From Syntrophales bacterium (GTDB taxonomy: Bacteria; Desulfobacterota; Syntrophia; Syntrophales; UBA4778), in the NCBI GenBank assembly GCA_963665615.2, contig CAXXQE010000001.1, positions 389,151 to 453,150 of the forward strand: 64,000 bases of DNA, read 5' to 3'. Position 1 is the first letter of the stretch; each line of letters starts with the position of its first letter. Below the pieces are notes generated by a model. It saw only the letters and a program-made list of their open reading frames with translations, ran no database searches and was not told where the DNA came from. This document shows positions 59,280-64,000 of the stretch, one piece after another. The translations under genes were made by a program, and so were the position numbers.

Positions 59280-59941
59280 TAAGCATTTCCTCCTTTGCCC
59301 TGTACAATCCAATCGACGACAACGCCGGGTACCATCACTTCGTCGGGGTCAATCTCTCCAATTTCAACAATCTCTCTGGCCTCGACGATAACAGTGTCGG
59401 CGGCGAAGCACATAAGGGGGTTGAAGTTACGCATGGCACGTCTGAAAACCAGGTTCCCGGCCTTATCCGCCTTCACGGCCTCGATCAAAGCCACATCGGC
59501 CCGCAGGGGCATCTCCAGCAGATAGGATTTGCCGTTGATGATCAACTTCTGCTTGCCTTCTTCTACAATTGTTCCCACGCCGGTGGGGGTTAGGAAGCCG
59601 CCCAGACCGCCGCCTCCGCAACGTACACGTTCCGCCAGGGTTCCCTGGGGCACCAGTTCAACTTCCATCTCGCCGGCGATCATTTGACGGCCGGTTTCGG
59701 CGTTGGTTCCGACGTGAGACGCGATCAGCTTCTTGATCTGCTTGTTGACCACCAGCTTGCCGATGCCGACATCGGGCATAGCCGAGTCATTGGCGATCAG
59801 GGTCAGATTGCATATCTTCTTCTCGACTACTTTGTCCACCAGGCCCTTGGGATTTCCGACGCCCAGAAAGCCGCCGACCATAATGGTCATGCCGTCTTTT
59901 ACCTTCTCAATGGCTTGTTCTATACTGATTATTTTTTCCAA
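59279..59941 (-). CDS. atoD: Acetate/3-oxoacid CoA-transferase subunit A (AtoD/CtfA-like)
   Basis: DGMTIMVGGFLGVG, PQGTLAERVR.GG.G..GFLTPTGVGT, NFNPLM. Confidence 0.88.
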   Translation of the reverse strand: MEKIISIEQAIEKVKDGMTIMVGGFLGVGNPKGLVDKVVEKKICNLTLIANDSAMPDVGIGKLVVNKQIKKLIASHVGTNAETGRQMIAGEMEVELVPQGTLAERVRCGGGGLGGFLTPTGVGTIVEEGKQKLIINGKSYLLEMPLRADVALIEAVKADKAGNLVFRRAMRNFNPLMCFAADTVIVEAREIVEIGEIDPDEVMVPGVVVDWIVQGKGGNA

Positions 59942-60773
59942 TTTGTCTGTCCTCCTCTTCGTTCGAATCCCATTTAACTGAGAATTCGCATCTAAAAATC
60001 AACTAACGCCTAACAACACCCTCTCGCTTGTTGCTGGTGCCTTATCGGTTGCCAACCGTTCGGACACACCTCTGTAGACTGCCAAAAGCTGGTATGCAGA
60101 AAAACCATTGCGATGTGTTCCGGGGATGATGAACAGTAATTCGGCAAAAGTCTACGAATTCGATAAAGCAATTTATATGGTTTGAAGTATAGTAAAAAAC
60201 AATCCGATTTGTCAATAAAATCTGTTGACTTCGTGGGCTGTTTCCTTACCGGCGCGCACGTTTTTACATCCTTTTATTGATTTCTATACAAGGGCGCGTC
60301 AATCTGGAGAATGGGACGTAAAAGAACTACGGTCATTCTAGCATACCGGAGCTTGTCCGAGATTATTTTAAGCCATTATCTGATGAGAGATGCCGAAAAT
60401 ATGCTGTCGGGAATACCGCTTTCCGATCATCCATAAGACGCGTTGATGGTGCTATTTAAGCGGTGGCGCTTTGATAATTAACTTTATTGACATTTGATTT
60501 ATTTTCGTTTTTCATGAAGGAGCATCGGTCGTGACATTTTGCGGCGTCGTTGTTTTTCTCATGTGTCCCGAGGCAAAACGATGACCATCAAATGTAACGA
60601 CGAAGAGGCGGCGGTTTTGGGCGTCGAAGGAAGCTGCTGTGGCACATTAGGATCGCGTCGTGCTTGTCCGTTCGACGATATGGCAACGCAAGGCCTTCTC
60701 GGTAAACTTCGAGAGGGACCGCAGTCCGGGCGTCTCATCGAGCCCTCTAACCAAAAGATTGGAGGAATGTTCA

Positions 60774-61766
60774 GTGGATGTCATAGCCCAAGGAATCGGC
60801 AAGGTGTTTTCAGATCCGGATGCGGACAAGGCGCGGGAGTTTTTCCGGCACAAGCACCGCAGACTGGAAAGCAAGGTGATGACGGTGAAGGACGCCGTCG
60901 AAAAGTATGCGCACGACGGGGATTATCTCTGTGTCGGCGGATTCGGCGCCAACAGGATTCCCACCGCGGCCTGTCATGAACTCTTGCGGCAGGGCCGGAA
61001 AAATATGGGGTTCGCGGGGCATACCTCGACCCACGACTTCCAGATTCTCTGCGCCGGAGAGGTTTTCAATCGGTTGGACATCGCCTACATCATCGGTCTG
61101 GAGGCTCGCGGCTTGTCTCCCAACGCCCGGCGCTACATGGAGAGCGGGAAGGTCGAGATCACGGAATGGACCAACTACAGCCTGTCGGTCCGCCTGAAAG
61201 CGGCAGCAGCGGGCGTTTCCTTCTATCCTGCCAGGAATATGATGGGAACGGATACCTTCAAGATGAGCGGGGCGAAGATGATCGAATGTCCCTATACGGG
61301 AACCGCCTATGTCGCGCTACCCGCGCTCTATCCGGATATTGCAATTATCCATGTCCACGAGGCCGATATCTACGGCAATTGCCGGGTCCGGGGCATTACG
61401 ATCTCTGACTTCGATCTGGCGCGTGCCTCCAAACGCGTCATCGTCACCTGTGAGCGGATTATTCCGAACGAGGAAATCCGCAGAGAGCCAAGCTTGACGG
61501 TGATCCCCTACTGGTGCGTCGATGCGATCTGCGAGGTTCCCTATGGCAGCTATCCCGGCAATATGCTGGGAGAGTATTTCTCCGACGAGGCGCATCTGAA
61601 AGAATGGCTCCAGGTGGAACAGGATGCAGAGGCGTTTAAGCAATTCCTCGACAAGAACATCTATTCCTGCAAGGACCACTTCGAATACATCGATCGAAAC
61701 GGCGGTTTGCAGAAGTTGCAACTGCTCAGGCAAAAAGAAATGATGCTGATCGGGGCCCGCGCCTAG
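60774..61766 (+). CDS. Family I CoA-transferase subunit A (glutaconate CoA-transferase GctA-like)
   Basis: GGAGGA RBS then GTG at 60774; DGDYL.VGGF, RLKAAAAGV.FYP, PAL.PD.AIIHV..AD.YGN, P.GSYPG. Confidence 0.88.
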   Translation: MDVIAQGIGKVFSDPDADKAREFFRHKHRRLESKVMTVKDAVEKYAHDGDYLCVGGFGANRIPTAACHELLRQGRKNMGFAGHTSTHDFQILCAGEVFNRLDIAYIIGLEARGLSPNARRYMESGKVEITEWTNYSLSVRLKAAAAGVSFYPARNMMGTDTFKMSGAKMIECPYTGTAYVALPALYPDIAIIHVHEADIYGNCRVRGITISDFDLARASKRVIVTCERIIPNEEIRREPSLTVIPYWCVDAICEVPYGSYPGNMLGEYFSDEAHLKEWLQVEQDAEAFKQFLDKNIYSCKDHFEYIDRNGGLQKLQLLRQKEMMLIGARA

Positions 61767-61784
61767 AAAGGAGGAGAGAAGACG

Positions 61785-62558
61785 ATGGCTGATTACAATG
61801 CAATGGAACTGATGATAAGCACGGCGGCGCGGGAACTGGAAGACGGCGCCAGTGTCGGTGTCGGAACCGGGGCGCCCTGCGCGGCCGCCATGTTGGCGCA
61901 GATGACGCATTCTCCGAATCTCGTGATCCTGTTTGAGGCGGGCGGCGCTGCGCCCCTGATTCCGGAGATGCCGATTTCCGTGGGTGATTCGAGAACGACC
62001 TGGAAGGCGGTGATGGCCAGCGGCATGTGCGAGATTATGGAGACGGCCTGCCGCGGCATGCTGGATTACACGTTTTTAGGCGGCGCACAGATCGACATGT
62101 ATGGCAATCTCAATTCGACCCGGATCGGAGGTGCGGATCACCAGCATCCCAAGATCCGTCTGCCCGGCAGCGGCGGGGCCAACGACTTCGGCTCTTTCTG
62201 CTGGCGGATGATGGTAATGACGCCGCAGGATTCTAAGCGCTTTGTCGAGAAGGTCAGCTTCATTACGACGCCGGGATGGTTGGACGGCGGGAATTCCCGA
62301 GCCAAGTCGGGCCTGCCGCTGGGCGCCGGTCCTTACAAGATTATCACCAACATGGCAGTGATGGACTTCGAACCGGAATCCAAACGCATGCGAATTATCG
62401 CGATCAATCCCGGCTATTCGGAAAAGGACGTTCAGGAAAACTGCGGCTTTGAACTGCTCAAGGCGAAAAAGATCGTCGAAAATCACCCGCCGACTGCCAA
62501 GGAGCTGCACACGCTTCGGGATGTGATCGACCCGTATCGCTATGTGATCGGCAGGTGA
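61785..62558 (+). CDS. Family I CoA-transferase subunit B (GctB-like)
   Basis: VGTGAP, ILFEAG, FLGGAQIDMYGNLNST, RLPGSGGAND, FITTPG. Confidence 0.9.
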   Translation: MADYNAMELMISTAARELEDGASVGVGTGAPCAAAMLAQMTHSPNLVILFEAGGAAPLIPEMPISVGDSRTTWKAVMASGMCEIMETACRGMLDYTFLGGAQIDMYGNLNSTRIGGADHQHPKIRLPGSGGANDFGSFCWRMMVMTPQDSKRFVEKVSFITTPGWLDGGNSRAKSGLPLGAGPYKIITNMAVMDFEPESKRMRIIAINPGYSEKDVQENCGFELLKAKKIVENHPPTAKELHTLRDVIDPYRYVIGR

Positions 62559-62703
62559 TACGTTTCCGAAAACAAGCTAGGCCAGAATCATGAGGTGCTG
62601 ACGGGAGAAAGAGTCTCCCGCCAGCGCCCGTCGCAGCAATGAAGGGACGCGGTAACCCCTCGGCCTACGAAGCACCAGGTACCTTCCGACGATATGAGGT
62701 TTT

Positions 62704-62907
62704 ATGATTACCGTGACGGACGGAAAAGACTGTGAGGTCTGCGGACGGAAAGGCGCGGTGGTGATCTGCAACGGCTGCGGCAAGTCACTGTGCGAGGATT
62801 GCCGCACCTTCGACATCTGGTGCTTCGGCTGTGGACATGGCGATCCCAAGGCGTTCTGTCGAGTGTGTTACGAGGATCCGCTCATCAATATCTGGAAAAG
62901 CCCATAG
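62704..62907 (+). CDS. Small Cys-rich putative zinc-binding protein
   Basis: CxxC x4 plus CFGCGHG; GAGG RBS. Confidence 0.7.
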   Translation: MITVTDGKDCEVCGRKGAVVICNGCGKSLCEDCRTFDIWCFGCGHGDPKAFCRVCYEDPLINIWKSP

Positions 62908-62924
62908 CAGCGTGTTTGCAGCGC

Positions 62925-63422
62925 CTAGCGGCGGTCCGTCCACTCCTTCTTAAATTCGGCGAGCTTCATGAAATGCTGGCGCTCCTCGGCGATGATATTG
63001 TCGATCAGCGCCTGCCCGCTTGCCGGGACGAGCTGTTTGATTTCTGCGTAGTAGAGAATCGAGTCCATCTCCCGGTTCATGGCAAAGTCAATGGCCGCTT
63101 CGGTGTTGCAGATGTGAGCAAATTCCCGATCGGCCTGTGCATTGAAGACGGCGCTGTGGTCGATGTGGTTGCGGAGATAGGTCAGGTATTCGCCGGGATA
63201 CGTTTCCATCGGCATGGGAACGGCCCCTGCCGCGGGATCTGCCTGGGCGGCCATATGCCTGAACGTCTCCCGGTGTTTGTTTTCCTCATCCGCAAGGTGG
63301 TTGAAGAGATACCGTGCGGTTTCCTCTTCAGTGATAACAGCTGCGTGACGATAGAATTTTTCGCCATTCTCTTCGATTCTGGCGGCAAATTCGAATATCT
63401 CTGCACTGCTGAAAACGGCCAT
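62925..63422 (-). CDS. Ferritin-like/rubrerythrin-family di-iron protein
   Basis: A.RIEE.GEKFY, EE.KH, A.NRE.DS..YY, EE.QH. Confidence 0.88.
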   Translation of the reverse strand: MAVFSSAEIFEFAARIEENGEKFYRHAAVITEEETARYLFNHLADEENKHRETFRHMAAQADPAAGAVPMPMETYPGEYLTYLRNHIDHSAVFNAQADREFAHICNTEAAIDFAMNREMDSILYYAEIKQLVPASGQALIDNIIAEERQHFMKLAEFKKEWTDRR

Positions 63423-63583
63423 GACTCTCCTCCATGTGTCTGTGATAGGTCTGTCGCGCTCTATGGATTCCTTTTTCAGGGCGTCGCGGGGCTTGTCGCT
63501 CCCGATCTATTTTCTCTTATCAAATCTTCTTGGGTTTGAAAATGATAATGGTTATAATGCAACCTATTCATGGAGGAAGACAA

Positions 63584-64000
63584 ATGTCAAAATCGACAGC
63601 GATGGACCTTCAGGTTGAATACATCGCCAAATATATTCTTAAATCCGACAAAACGGTTGTTTTTACCGGCGCCGGGGTCAGCACCGAGTCGGGGATACCA
63701 GATTTCCGTAGTTCCGACGGCATCTGGTCTAAATTCGATCCGGATGATTTTACGATCCAGAAGTACATGAGCGATCCCGCTTCTCGACTCAAACAGTGGC
63801 TGCTGCTCTTTGACGAGGCGGCTCTGATGAATGCTCAGCCAAATCGCGCCCATCTTGCCATTGCCGAACTGGAACGAATGGAGCGATTGGACTGCGTGAT
63901 TACCCAGAATATCGATAACCTGCATCAGAAGGCGGGCACATCGCCGGAAAAGGTCATGGAGCTGCACGGAACGCTCGGATGGGCCAAGTGCCTTCAGTGC
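63584..64000 (+). CDS. cobB: NAD-dependent protein deacylase, Sir2 family (3'-truncated; missing from the ORF track)
   Basis: GGAGG at 63572 and ATG at 63584; VFTGAGVSTESGIPDFR, PNRAH, ITQNIDNLHQKAG, ELHGT. Confidence 0.92.
   Translation, partial: MSKSTAMDLQVEYIAKYILKSDKTVVFTGAGVSTESGIPDFRSSDGIWSKFDPDDFTIQKYMSDPASRLKQWLLLFDEAALMNAQPNRAHLAIAELERMERLDCVITQNIDNLHQKAGTSPEKVMELHGTLGWAKCLQC

Noticed and set aside
63587..63967. Minus-strand 126-aa ORF and other short ORFs at the window end
   Set aside because: They overlap the clear plus-strand sirtuin, which the ORF track missed because it has no stop codon within the window
1..64000. CRISPR array, tRNA or rRNA genes
   Set aside because: No regularly spaced 25-45 bp repeats with unique spacers, and no cloverleaf or rRNA signature recognised; the periodic repeats seen are coding (PAS) or protein-binding-site scale

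Overview
Bacterial chromosomal DNA. The gene content (many sigma-54 activators, CoA-transferases, acyl-CoA dehydrogenases, Fe-ADHs, hypAB) suggests an anaerobic deltaproteobacterial/Desulfobacterota-type fatty-acid or alcohol degrader; this is inference. Positions ~1-40 kb form a catabolic and transport region controlled by sigma-54. It holds a TPR-GAF sigma-54 activator divergent from a SnoaL-like + aryl-alcohol-dehydrogenase operon, a 7-PAS hybrid kinase with an NtrC-type regulator, and two copies (~9.15 kb apart) of a four-gene envelope module: DUF1302-like outer-membrane protein, DUF1329-like protein, YCF48/BNR propeller and MMPL/RND permease. In the two copies three proteins are essentially identical, but the DUF1329-like protein is only ~80% identical. 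Each copy has its own -24/-12 promoter, TGTCC-N8-GGAC[A/G] sites and a 700-800 nt non-coding leader, and IS remnants plus a MerR-like gene lie between them. An SDR and a sigma-54-driven operon follow (two acyl-CoA dehydrogenases, a CoA-transferase, two tandem-duplicated Fe-ADHs, MaoC). Positions ~40-64 kb hold hypAB, rfbB, an M16C peptidase, pyk, a GIY-YIG protein, a diguanylate cyclase, a putative Pho module (PhoB-like regulator with 11-bp-periodic boxes before a DksA paralogue, a stand-alone HATPase and a porin), a ZraP/S/R-like system, two CoA-transferase operons, a ferritin-like protein and a partial sirtuin. Three families of small dispersed palindromic repeats or MITEs are present. No rRNA, tRNA or CRISPR was recognised. 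All family assignments come from visual motif recognition, not database searches.
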